A stretch of 63,789 nt of DNA, the filler included, from Chiloscyllium plagiosum (Eukaryota), in the NCBI RefSeq assembly GCF_004010195.1. It is 4 parts of one record of this genome, joined end to end, with 100 filler letters (N's around TTAATTAATTAA, not from the genome) between each part and the next. Parts side by side here need not be neighbours in the genome. Positions count along the whole stretch, not along the records: positions 1 to 13,920 come from NC_057710.1; positions 14,021 to 42,740 come from NC_057710.1; 2 more parts are not named here. One strand, written 5' to 3'. The position numbers and the translations under genes are program-made. Below the pieces are notes generated by a model. It searched no databases. It was not told the DNA's origin and saw only the letters and a program-made list of their open reading frames with translations. Each line of letters opens with the position of its first letter. The stretch's first letter is position 1. Positions 12,641 to 24,838 of this stretch are shown piece after piece.

Positions 12641-13704
12641 CGTTTGCCTTGTTTCTCTTCTCCAATGCAATGCCACACATTTGCCCAGATTGAACTGCAT
12701 TTGTTAGTTCTCTGTCAACCTGATCTGCCCACTGATTTCTTGCTGCAGTCTTCCTCACTATCAATTACACAACCAAGCTTCCTATCCTCTGTAATCTTCT
12801 TATCTACACCTGATATATGTCTAAATCATTGCTATGTACAGTGAATGGTCTTCCAGTCAGAAAATCACCTGTCAACATCTTTTGCATCTTGTAACTGAGT
12901 TTTGATACTGCTAGGGGTGGGGACCTAGCTGGGGAAAGCCATGCCGGCCAGGTCTGTGGCACTGAGACTGGCTCTATTGCTCATAGTGAAGGGGGGAGAT
13001 TAGGAGAGTGATAGTGATAGGAGATTCAATGGTGAAAGGAACAGACAGAAGTGGTCATGATCGAAAATACCGGATGCCTGGAGGGGCACCAAAATCCTGG
13101 GCGGGAGGTTTGCTCGAGCTCTTTGGGAAAGTTAAAACTGATTTGGCAGGGGGGGTGGGATCCAAAGCTAAGCATCTGAGGATGGAGTAGGCAGTGAACA
13201 GCAAGAATCTGTGAGGAGGGAAATTGGGCAAAGTTGCAGTCAGTGTGATGGGTTGCAGTATGTCTATTTTAATGCAAGAAGTACCAGGAATAAGGGTGAC
13301 GAACTTTAGAGCATGGATCAGCACTTGGAATTGTGATGTTATGGCCATAATGGAGACTTAGGTATCACAGGAATATTTATTGGATGTTCCAGGGTTTAGA
13401 TGTTTCAAAAGAAATGGGGGGGTGGGGATGATGGGGGTAAAAGAGGTGGGGGAGTGACATAGCTAATCAGAGGTAGTATCACAACTACAGAAAAGGAGGT
13501 TGCCGAGGAGAGTTTGTCCACAGAATCAGTATGGGTGGAAATCAGAAACAGGAAAGGAGCAGTCACTTTATTGGGCATTTTCTATAGACCCCCTAATAGC
13601 AACAGAGATGTGGAGGAGCAGATGGGGAAGCATATTTTGGGAAGATGCAGAAGTAACAGGGTTGTTGTCACGGGTGACTTTAACTTGCCGAATATTGATT
13701 GGAT

Positions 13705-14990
13705 AGGTAAAAACAATGACTGCAGATGCTGGAAACCAGATTCTGGATTAGTGGTCCTAGAAGAGCACAGCAGTTCAGGCAGCATCCAAGGGGAAGTAAA
13801 ATCGATGTTTCGGGCAAAAGCCCTTCATCAGGAATAAAGACAGAGAGCCTGAAGCGTGGAGAGATAAGCTAGAGGAGGGGGGGGGGGGGGAGAAAGTAGC
13901 ATAGAGTACAATAGGTGAGCNNNNNNNNNNNNNNNNNNNNNNNNNNNNNNNNNNNNNNNNNNNNTTAATTAATTAANNNNNNNNNNNNNNNNNNNNNNNN
14001 NNNNNNNNNNNNNNNNNNNNGGCGGCGGAAGAATTGTTCGACGTCACGGCGTGTATTAAATTCATTGATGCGTGGACGGAGGGGGATGAAGGTGAGTCCT
14101 TTGCTGAGGACTGATCGTTTGTCCTCAGTGAGGGGAAGGTCTGGAGGGATGGTGAAAACTCGGCATGGCTGGGAGCTGGGATCTGGTGTGGATGTGGAGC
14201 TGGGAGTGGGGGCGGAGCGAGTAACTGAGTGGGTGTAATGGTGGGGGAAATGGGGATGGAGCATGAGCAGGGATGGTGTTCCCCTCAGAGTGACATGGTG
14301 ACAGTGGGATCTGTGGTGGGCATGTCAGCAGAATGCAGGTGAGTGGTATTGGTGGAGGCGGAAGTGGTGGCAAACACGGCAGTAGGGGTGGCGGAAGTCA
14401 CTGAACGTGTGACATCAGCGATGATGTGAGGGTCGGAAGTGATGTCACGTGTGATGCATGAGGAATTGTGAGGGGCGGAAGTGGTTGTGGGAGTGGCAAT
14501 GGTGGGGCAGAAGTGACATCATCAATCAGCGTGGGGGTGGCTGCTGCACCAGGCGCATGGCTAATGGCGTCCGAGCAGTTCCAGAGGCCGGGGGAATCTT
14601 CTGGAATCTTGAGAAGTGCTGGTTATGGAGGTGGGTAGATAAAAGTTTGTTGTACTTACAGTTTTTGATGTTTGAGATGGAATTGAAATACTGTTTGTTG
14701 AGAGCATGAATTCTTCTGAGGATGTAGTACAGAGTGGGTCCTTTGCAATTTTGAGAGAGTGTGGCCCTCAGCTGAGGCAGGGCTGACTGTAGAGAGGTTA
14801 GGTGCCGGCGCATTGCTGCAAGCGTGGAGCGGAGGATCTTGAAGGAGAATCGTTGCTGGTGTTTTTGAATCTGTAGTCTGTACTATTTGTCCTGTTCGAG
14901 TCTGAGGTTTAAAGGTGGTCCGGAGTCCATGTGGGATGAGTTGGTTACGGAGGCAGGCACTGAGGAAGCAAATGTGGCTGTGGTAGCGAG
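13705..14990 (-). mobile_element. Penelope-like element nested in the CR1 APE region (spans the gap 13921-14020)
   Basis: Terminal ggtaaaaacaatgactgcagatgctgg; hammerhead core at about 13801-13833; PLE N-terminal peptide VFTIPPDLPLTEDKRSVLSKGLTFIPLRPRINEF. Confidence 0.85.
13921..14020. other. Artificial 100-bp gap linker (44 N + TTAATTAATTAA + 44 N); same linker at 42741-42840 and 58996-59095
   Basis: Identical 12-mer with stop codons in all six frames, centred in N-runs. Confidence 0.95.
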
Positions 14991-16199
14991 TTAGTTTCCT
15001 CCTTAGTTGAAATAGTTTGGATGGAGCAGTTTTTGTCAGGTGTATCCATGAAGACTCAATATGCAGGTATGCCGACTGGAGGAGATATCATATTGGATTT
15101 GTTGCTTGGCAACAAACCAAGCCAGGTATCAGATATCTCAGTGGGAGAGCATTTCGGTGATAGTGATCACAAGTCCCTGACCATTATTATAGTCATGGGG
15201 AGGGATAGGAGCAGACAGTATGGGAAAATATTTAATTGGGTGGGAGGGAAATTACAATGCTATTAGGCAGGAACTGGGGCATCTAAAATAGGAACAGATG
15301 TTCTCAGGAAAATGCACAACAGAAATGTGGAGGTTGTTTAGGGAGCACTTGCTGATAGTGCTGGACAGATTTGTCCCACTGAGGCAAGGAAGGAATGGTA
15401 GGGTGAAGGAACCTTGGGTGACAAGGGACATCTAGTCAAGAGGAAAAAGGAAACTTACTTAAGGTTGAGGAGGCAAGGCTTTCGAGGGTTAAAGGTAGCC
15501 AGGAAGGAACTGTAGAATGGACTTAGGAGAGCTAGAAGGGGGCATGAAAAAGCCTTGGTGGATAGGATTAAGTAAAATCCCCAGGCGGTTGACACTTGTG
15601 TGAGGAACATGAGGATGGCCAGAGTAAGGATAATGGAGGGAAATTGTGTCAGGAGTCGGAGGAGCTAGGGGATGCCCTTAATGAATACTTTGCTTCAGTA
15701 TTCCCTACTGAGAGGGACCTTGTAATTTGAGAGGACAGCATGAAACAGGCTGATATGCTAGAACAGGTTTATGTTAAGAAGGAGAATGTGCTAAAAAATT
15801 TGAAAAACATAAGGCTAGATATGTCTCCTGGACAGGACGGGATATTCCCAAGGTTACTACAGGAAGCATTGTGTGGAGGGCTGTTGCAGGTTGCAACGGG
15901 ACATTGACAGGATGCAGAGCTGGGCTGATAAGTGGCAGATTGAGTTCAACCTGGAAAAGTGTGAATTTTGGAAGTTGAGTTTGAATGCAGATTACAGGGT
16001 TAAAGGCAGGATTCTTGGCAATGTGGAAGAACAGTGGGATCTTGGGCTCCATGTCCCTCAAAGTTGCCACCCAAGTTAATAGGGTTGTTAAGAAGGTGTT
16101 AGTGTGTTGGCTTTCATTAGCAGAGGGATTGAGTTTAAGAGCTGCGACATTATGCTGCAGTTCTACAGAGCTCCGGTTAGACCAGACTTAGAATATTGT

Positions 16200-16836
16200 G
16201 GAGAAAGTGAGGACTGCAGATGCTGGAGATCAGAGTCAAGAGTGTGGTGCTGGAAAAGCACAGCAGGTCAGGCAGCATCCGAGGAGCAGGAGAATCAATG
16301 TTTTGGGCATAAGCCCTTCATCAGGAATGAGCTTGTGGGCCAAGGGGACTGACAGATAAATGGGAGGGGGATGGGGCTAGGTGGAAGGTAGCTGAGCATG
16401 CAATAGGGAGATGAAGGTGGGGGTGAACTTGATAGGTCAGAGAGGAGGGTGGAGCGGATAGGTGGGAAGGAAGATGGATAGGTAGGACAGGTCAAGAGGG
16501 TGGTGCTGAGTTGGAAGTTTGGATCTGGGATAAGTTAGGGATAGGGGAAATGAGGAAACTGGTGAAATCCACATTGATCCCATGCGGTTGGAGTCTCCCA
16601 AGGCAGAAGATGAGGCATTCTTCCTCCAGGCGGCAGGTGGTAAGGATTTGGCAGTGGAGGATGCCCAAGACCTGCATGTCCTTGGGGGAGTGGGAGGGGG
16701 AGTTAAAGTGTTTAGCCATGGGACAGTGGGGTTGCTTAATGCATGTGTTCTGGAGATGTTCTCTGAAGCATTCCTCAAGTGGGCGTCCTGTCTCGCCAAT
16801 ATAAAGGAGACTGCATCGGGAGCAAATGATACATTA
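16200..16836 (-). mobile_element. Penelope-like element 3' part (GIY-YIG C-terminus plus terminal repeat) nested in CR1 RT
   Basis: AKHFNSPSHSPKDMQVLG...RLEEECLIFCLGRLQPHGINVDF; imperfect TSD gaatattgtg/gagtattgtg. Confidence 0.85.
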
Positions 16837-18279
16837 AATGATGGAGTATTGTGTTCAGTTCTGGTCGCCTCATTATAGAAAGGATGTAGAAGCTTTAGGG
16901 ACGGTGTAGAGGAGATTAACCAGAATGCTGCTTGGACTGGAGGGCATGTCTTATGAAGATTGGTTGAGGGAGCTAAGGCTTTTCTCATTGGAGCGAAGAA
17001 GGGTGAGAGGCAACTTGATAGAGGTGTACAAGATGATGAGAGGCATAGATAGAATGAATAGTCAGAAACCTTTTCCCAGGGCAGAAATGGCTCTCACAAG
17101 AGGGCATAATTTAAAGGTGATTGGAGGAAGGTTTAGGGGAGATGTCAAAGGTAGGTTCTTTAAACAGAGAGTGATGGGTATGTGGAATGCGCTGCCAACG
17201 GTGGTAGTAGAGTCAGAGACATTCGGGATATTTAAGCGACTCTTGAATAGGCACATGGACGATAGTAAAATGAAGGGTATGTAAGTTAGTTTAATCTTTG
17301 AGTAGGATAAAAGGTCAGCACAACATCGAGGGCCGAAGGGCCTGTACTGTGCTGTACTGTTCTATGTTATGTATTCATTCTGGAACCAGCTTCAGGATCC
17401 ATATTCTCTCACCTCTGATGAGCTTTCAATTTTCATTTGTTGATCCACAAACACTGCTGTAACCCACAAATATCCTAAGCCCATCAACTCTCCATCTGTC
17501 CCTACCTCTGACATCTCCCCTCAACCTTCTCCAATCACCTTAAAATTATGCCCTCTTGTGAGAGCCATTTCTGCCCTGGGAAAAATTATCTGACTATTCA
17601 CTCTATCTATGACTCTCATCATCTTGTATACCTCTATCAAGTTGCCTCATCTTGCATCCTTAAGATTTTCAATCAGGATTAATCAAGCACAACCTTCCAT
17701 GACCAAATCCATGCTGACTGCCTTTGATGAATCCATGTCTTTATACATGTGAAAATTTATTCCAACAATATTCCCATAACAAAGGTTAGATTCACTTGTC
17801 ACTTAATGGTAAAGCGATCCCTTTTGAACAATGGTTCAATATTAAAATATGTAGGAATGGAAACCTTATGCTATAATGTGTCACCAACCATTTGATCACA
17901 GTGGGGGCACGGATCATAGCATTTCTCAAACAACTTGGATCAGTGTCTCCTGACATTAATTGTGCTCCTTTTTTGCCTCAGTTCAGATGCAATATATCAA
18001 GATTTGAGCCCCACGTGTCTTTGTACTCTCCTTTGTCTCATAGACATTTTCTAACCAATCAGTTCAGAGACATTATAGCGCAACTGTAGTGTGGGTGAGA
18101 CTTCAACCCTGACCATCTGGTCTAGAGGGCACATAAGCCCTCTCCTCTCTTATGTATTTCGTGTACTAATTTCCTTAATGTTCTTCAAAAATTGAAACTA
18201 ACCTTTTTTTTACAGTTTGTATTCATTAGGCTTAAGCATTACATTTTCTGGATGTTAGTGCAACACTCTTGTGTTGCAG

Positions 18280-18560
18280 TTTAAGGAAAAGGGGTCAATC
18301 TTTAGGACTCGGATGGTGAGAAATTTTGTCATCCAAAGAATTGTAAAGCTGTGGAATAAACTACCACAGAAAGTGATTGAAGCTAAAACACTGTATGTCT
18401 TCAAGAAGGTGGTAGATATAGCTCTTGGATCAAAGGATATTGGGGGAGGGTGGGATTAGGTTATTGAGCTCGATGTTCAGCCATGATCATAATGAATGGT
18501 GGAGCAGGTTTGAGCGGGAGAATGGTCTAGTCTTGCTCCCACCTTCTATGTTTCTATGTT
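18280..18560 (+). mobile_element. CR1-type LINE 3' end
   Basis: RIVKLWNKLPQKVIEA; TTCTATG tail. Confidence 0.8.
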
Positions 18561-20204
18561 AAACACATCTTAAGATCTCTACTGTTGACATTTTTTTGTC
18601 ATGTTAATGTGTGTATGCAGGACAAGATTCACACAGTTACCCCCTGAAAAGCAATTTATAAACTTACTTACTGTAAGATTAGAATTTCTAGAACCATTTA
18701 ATCCAACAAGCGAATCTCTCATTGTTAGATCTCAAAACCTCTTTCTCATCATATCTCTGCTTTTTTTGCTCTTCAGAAATAGAATCAATTTCTTTGGAAA
18801 CTGATTTTTATCGCCCATAAACTTAACCATTTTGCGAGCTCTTTTGAGTCCTTGTCTGGCTTTAAACCAGATGTTGTGTCATTATAGTGATTGAAGTGCA
18901 TACGCTGGAGTCAATACAAGGCTTCCTAACCAATTTGCCATCAAAGTCATCCTCCACATTGTAAATCACAAGGCAGAAAGCAGTTCAATGTTATAAGAAA
19001 TGGAAAAGAAAATTAAATTGCTGTTTAGACTGTCTTTGGATGAGGAATACCTTACGTTATGTGCCTTTCATCAGCCACCTCTATCCTATCTCACTCCAGC
19101 TGCCACACAAGAACCAAAAGATAGCATTTATAACATGGAAAATGCACAAAATGTACTTAAGATTTAATATTCATTATGACAAATGGCTTGGAAGAGCCAT
19201 TACTGACCAACCTGGCTGAATCCTAAAGAGAGTTACTGTCAATCTGGACCTGCAGAAACTTGTAAAGACTAGGTTTTAATTTTTGTGTTTTTAAATAATG
19301 GACTGAAATGAGAAAAGAACAGATTTAAAAACAAAACATTACTGTACTTTGCTAGTCATTGTAAACATTGTACATTTGTGGGTTACAGCACTGTTTGCGG
19401 TTGAACAGGAGCCAAGGGATTGTGAGTAGATGGAGCTTTGCTTGGCAACAAGAAGTTGATTGGTCTGAGGACTAGTTATCAATGACAAAGGCCTTTTGTC
19501 TGCCAACAAATGTGTAATAGGTTCTCAGATAGCTGAACATCTGAGGCCTCAAATAAGTTACAGAGAAGCATCATATCTCCACCAGCCAGGATTTCTTTCT
19601 CCCTATTCTCTGCAGTAAGCCACTTGCAACCTAAAATAAAAGTTTACCATTCCTTCAGCAGTTGATGAAAGCTACAAATTTTAATTGATAAGTCAGAGAC
19701 TTTTTTTTTAATATAAGTGAACCGCCCTGTGCCTCTTTCAAATCAGTGGAAGCTGCCAGAGAAGGACAACTGATAAACAGCATTCTGACCAACTCAAGTA
19801 CCATAAGAACTATTTCAGCAAAACCTGTGAAGAGCAACCACTCAACTGTTTTCCAGTTTTTCACCATTTATAACATTTTTTAAAAATCCCACCTCTGTGA
19901 TTATGTCAAGAGAAATCAATGAAGAGATCAGAGTTTTAACCAATTGTGTTGTTATTTGCTGATGGGTTATAACTATTTGCCTGTAGCAAGAGTCTAATTG
20001 CTTGTAATAAATAATAGTTCTTGTTAAGTACAGGTGCCATGTCTATGCTTTGTGTCAACCGATTCTGAAAATCGGGTGAAGTGGGGAATCTTTCCACACT
20101 TCTTAAAATCTTCAACTTTTGTGATGACTCCAGGTATAGCACAGCTTTATTCCCAGTGAGTCATTACAAACTGGTGAGAGGGGTATATAAAAGTCAGCAG
20201 TCCT

Positions 20205-20365
20205 CATCTGAGAGACGACTAGTGGTGGATTTAGCCTGAGGGTCACTACATCTTCGGCAGGGGTGAGGATGGGAAGATGGGGCCTTCATAGTAACATCAG
20301 TCTGTGTGGGAAATGAACCAGCATTGCAAACCAGCTGTTCAACCAACTGAGCTAACTGACCCCCA
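20205..20365 (-). mobile_element. tRNA-derived SINE remnant (related copy at about 33105-33205)
   Basis: Minus strand begins ggtcagttagctcagttggtt (A-box-like); shares tggtgg.tttagcctgagggtc with 33117-33139. Confidence 0.55.
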
Positions 20366-20474
20366 ATGTGAGAGATCAACGTGAAAGTATAAAACTACTT
20401 GTCCTCCACAATCCCAGGTACATCTGATCACAGTAGTATTGTTAAGAGTAACCATTGCACAGTCCTTAACCCTA

Positions 20475-21105
20475 CTAAGAAGGTGTTTAGCATGCTCGCC
20501 TTCATTGCTCAGACCTTTGAGTATAGGATTTGGAATGCTATGTTCAGGTTGTACAGGTCATTGGCCCGGTCTCTTCTGAAGTACTGTGTTCAGCTCTGAC
20601 CTCCCTGTTATAGGAAGGAAATTATTAAACTGGAGAGCATTTAGAAGAGATTTACCAGGATGTTGTCAGGAAGGGAGGATTTGAGTTATAAGGAAAGGCT
20701 GGATAAGCTGGGTCTTTTCTCACTGGAGTGCAGAAGATTGAGATGTGACCTTATAGAGATTCATAAGTCAATGAGGGGTATAGATCAGTTGAATGGCAGG
20801 TATCTTTTCCCTAGGGTGGGGGATTTCAAGACTAGGGAGCATATTTTTAAGTGAAAGCAGAGAGATTGAATAAAGACAAGACGGGCAATTTATTTTACAT
20901 AGAGAGTAGTTTGTGAGTGGTGGAGGAAGTGGTGGATGTGGGTACTTACAACATTTAAAAGACATTTAACTATGTACATGGATGGGAAATGTTTGGAGGG
21001 ATATGGGCAAAGCACAGGCAGATGGGACTACTTTGGGATCATGGTCAGCATGGACTGGTTGGACCCAAGGGTCCATTTCGTGCTGTATGATTCCATGACT
21101 CTACT
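20475..21105 (+). mobile_element. CR1-type LINE 3' part
   Basis: KKVFSMLAFI, LSYKERLDKLGLFSLECRRLR; tail ends in atgactct. Confidence 0.9.
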
Positions 21106-22549
21106 GTTATGAGATGGCAGGTTCTCTGTTTTACCTCCCTCATGTTCTGCTCCCCCTGTTGAAATGAGGAAAAATGATGGATGACATTGCGTGGATGAAT
21201 GATGATCACTTTAGCTTCACTGACAGGCTGCTTCTTCTTATTCCTGTCAATAGGAATGATATCTCCCTCTGAAATGGACTCAGAGAGTCTCGAACACCAC
21301 ATCCAGGGAGGTGTCACTGAAGTGAAACACATGTGTGTACTCAATTCTGTCACATCCCTATGAATTACTTCCACTTTGAGACCTTGATCAAATTTCATAC
21401 TGGGAAAGTTCTTGTAAATATTACAGCTGAATTTAACTTATGCAGAACTTCCTTGCACCTGTTGTATCTAACACAAATAATATTTGAATATGGTAGTTAG
21501 GTCAGGGGGAGGAGGTGGTCACGTATTGTAAACCAAAACGCCAGGCTGGGGATCGGGCTTCAAATCCCATCATGGTAGGTGATAGAATTTGAATTCAACA
21601 AAAATCTGGAGCTTTTAAAACAATAATTAGGCAAGGGAATCAAAATGTACCAGGAGTACATGCAAATACAGAATTGGAAACAGATTAACCATGATTATAT
21701 TGAGTGGGGAGAAGGTTTGACGGCTGAATTGCATACTTTTTTGTGGAATTCATTCGTGGGATGTGGGTATTATTGCTTGATCCAGCATTTTTGTCCATTC
21801 CTAGGTGTCCATGAGAAAGTGGCAGTGAGCTGCATTCTTGAAACTATCTTCTTGCTTCTAATTCAAATGCTCACATGCTTTACCACTGATGTACATTTCT
21901 GCAGGAAGGCCTCTGTGTTCAAAATATTTACCTTGTGGATTCCTGCACAAGGGATACACACCCTTTATGAAGCCTTCAGAAATATTTCCGCCTCCACCAT
22001 AAGTTGCTGACTCCAACACTGTGAGTTAATGCACCAGGAAGAATGAAAATTACATTTGTTTAAAATACAAACTATTTTCTAATGACCCACCAGATTTGTG
22101 CTTACACCAGGCCCACTTTCCCCTCCCGGTGAAAGGTATGTCACAGGAAGTGGGAGGACACATCAGCTTCTGGGTCCCACCCGTTATTCTTCAAGGTATG
22201 TGGAGTCAGGAAGACTCCACAGAAATCCGGTTCAATAACTTCAATTGAGAGTAAAAGGAGATGTGTTTAGGGATCAAGATTTAGAACATTCCATGAATGC
22301 AGGTGTTCTAGGAAGTTGGAAATGTTATACTGCTGTTTAAAGAAGAAGAAGACATTAACCTTGAAATTACAGGCCTGTTAGTCTGATGCTTACCGTGTGG
22401 AAAATGCTTGACAACATAATATGGGCTATCACCAATGTTCATTTATGGGATGCAGGAGCCGTAAGTAATATTCAGCTTGGATTCATAAACAATGCATTGG
22501 ATTTTTTAAGTTGTTGGTAGCTACAAAAACAGATCGGGGAACATAAAAC

Positions 22550-23945
22550 ACAGCATAGAAACAGTTCTTTTAGCCCACCATGCCTATGCAAACCATGATG
22601 CCATTCCAAACTAATTCGATCTGTCCACACATGATCTGTATCCCTCTATTTCCTGCCATTTATGTGTCTATCTAAATGCCTCTTAAACGTTGCTGTTGTA
22701 TCTACTTCTAATCACAACAGAACCACCCCCTCACCCACCCCCAAATCCCACCCCAGGCAGTGCATTCCAAGCATCCTCCATGTAAAAAAAAAAGTACCAG
22801 GAGTACATGCAAATACAGAATTGAAAACAGATTAACCATGATTATATTGAGTGGGAGAAGGTTTGATGGCTGAATTGCATACTTTTTTGTGGAATTCATT
22901 CGTGGGATGAAAACTTGCCTCACACCGCCTTTAAACTTGGCCCCCAGGGCTTTTGCCCGAAACGCGATTTCGAAGCTCCTTGGATGCTGCCTGAACTGCT
23001 GTGCTCTTCCAGCACCACTAATCCAGAATCTGGTTTCCAGCATCTGCAGTCATTGTTTTTACCCCCACACCTTAAACCTATGCTCCCTAGCATTCGACAT
23101 TTCCACCATGGGAAAAAGTCTCAGATTATCTGCTCTATCCATGCCACTCATAATGCCCCTCAGTCTGTGAAACTCTAGTGAAAACAATCGAAGTTTATTC
23201 AACCTCTCCTTGTGGCTAATACACTCCAATCCAGGCACCATCCTGGTAAGCTTCTTTTGCACCCTCTCCCATGCATTCACATTCTTCCTACAGTGTAGTG
23301 ACCAGAACCTCACATAAAAATCCAAATGTGGCCGAAGTAAAGTTTTATGCAGCTGCAACATGACTTGCTAACTTCTATACTCAATGCCCCAACTGATGAA
23401 AGTATTCCCTATGCTTTCTTTACCATCTTATCCATGTGTGTTGCCCCTTTCAAGGATTTTCACCCCAGGATCCCTCTGTATATCAATGCTGCAAAAGGTC
23501 CTGTCATTAACTGTATTGTTTCCTCTTTCATATGACCCTCCAAAACACAAAACCTCACTGTTATCTGGATTAAACTCCACTTTGCATTTCTCTGCTCAAC
23601 TTTCCAATTAATCTATATTTGATGCACCTTTTAACAATCTTCCTCATTATCTATTTAAAAATTACAAACAACAGAGGCCCCAGTAATAATCCTTGCAGAA
23701 TACCACTGGTCACAGACCTCCAGTCAGAAAAACACCTCTCCACAATTACCCTCTATCTTTTATAGCCAAGCTAATTTTGTATCCCACTTACTAACTCACC
23801 ATGGACTTAATCTTCTGGACCAGCCTAACATGAAGACCTTGTCAAATGCTTTAGTAAAGTTCATGTAGACAATATTTACTCATCAAGTCACTTCCTCACA
23901 ACCTCAATCAAATTTGTGAGACAAGAGATCCCCTGGAAAAAGCCA
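22550..23945 (-). mobile_element. CR1-type LINE RT and 3' end, with nested PLE fragment and local duplication
   Basis: MLQLHKTLLRPHLDF...WERVQKKLTRM; decayed RT upstream of it. Confidence 0.88.
22946..23063 (+). mobile_element. Short PLE terminal-repeat insertion starting inside the hammerhead stem II
   Basis: AGGGC-TTTT-GCCC-GAAACG...catctgcagtcattgtttttacc terminus (reverse complement of the end at 13705). Confidence 0.85.
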
Positions 23946-24249
23946 GGAGAAGGTAAAGTTCTAGTATCACCCAGGAAATCTGCAATTTAGTGAAGGACAC
24001 ATTTGTTTTTATCCTTACATGAGATATAGTTAACACTGACACCTGGTCCAACCATATCGACAGGTATGTCTAATACAGAAAAAGCAGGATAAGTTCAATC
24101 TACCAATTACTCCCCCCATCAATCTAGTTTGATCATATACAGAGTGATAGGGAATGTGGTCAGGACTTGTAACAAACAGCATTTGCTCAGCAATAACTTG
24201 CACACTGGTGTTTAGTTTGAGCTCAGCCATGGCCACTCAACTCCTGATA

Positions 24250-24838
24250 TCATTACAACATTGGTTTAAACATAGACAAAAAGAGCTGAAATCTAGAGGA
24301 GAGATGGAAGTGTCTGTCTTTGACACTAAGGTCATACTTAGTCTGTTGTTGGTCAAGGAGCCCTGGCCAAACTGAAGTTGATGGATATCAGGGGGAAAAC
24401 TCACTGATTGCCTGAGCCATACCTGGCACTTATGAAGATGGTTGTAGTTCAGCTCAGTCATCTCAGCTCCAGGGTAATTCTGCAGGACTTCGTCAGGGAA
24501 CTCGGGTCAGGCCCAGGGTCCTAGGCTCAACTATTTTCAGTTGCTTCATCATTGACCTTCTCTCACTCATAATGTCAGAAGTGGGAAATTTCACAGATGA
24601 TTGCACAATATTTAGGATAATTTGTGACTTATAGGTACTGAAGCAGTCCATGGCCAAATGCAGCAAGACCTGGACAGCATCCAGACTCAGTTTGGAAACT
24701 GATAAGTAACACTCATGAAACACAAATAGCAGGAGATCACCATCTCCAATAAGAGACAATTGAGCCACCATTCCTTGATATTCAATAGCATGTTCAATGG
24801 GGGTCACCATTGATCAGAAGCTGAAGTGGACTAACCAT
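24250..24838 (+). mobile_element. LINE family B RT fragment
   Basis: Same sequence family as 4715-5190 and 38570-39180 (ttcagttgcttcatc, gatgattgcaca). Confidence 0.75.

Larger units (their letters stand above)
12900..17370 (+). mobile_element. Long decayed CR1 LINE (ORF1 esterase remnant, ORF2 APE and RT) with two nested PLEs
   Basis: VIVIGDSMVKGTDR (SGNH block I); ESVWVEI...YRPPN...GDFNLPNIDW (APE); LQRDIDRMQSWADKWQIEFNLEKC (RT thumb); tail gggccgaagggcctgtactgtgctg. Internal deletions present. Confidence 0.92.

Noticed and set aside
13965..13976. TTAATTAATTAA inside N-runs (also 42785-42796 and 59040-59051)
   Set aside because: Identical six-frame-stop 12-mer centred in exactly 100-bp gaps; an artificial assembly spacer. 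Contiguity across these joins is uncertain.
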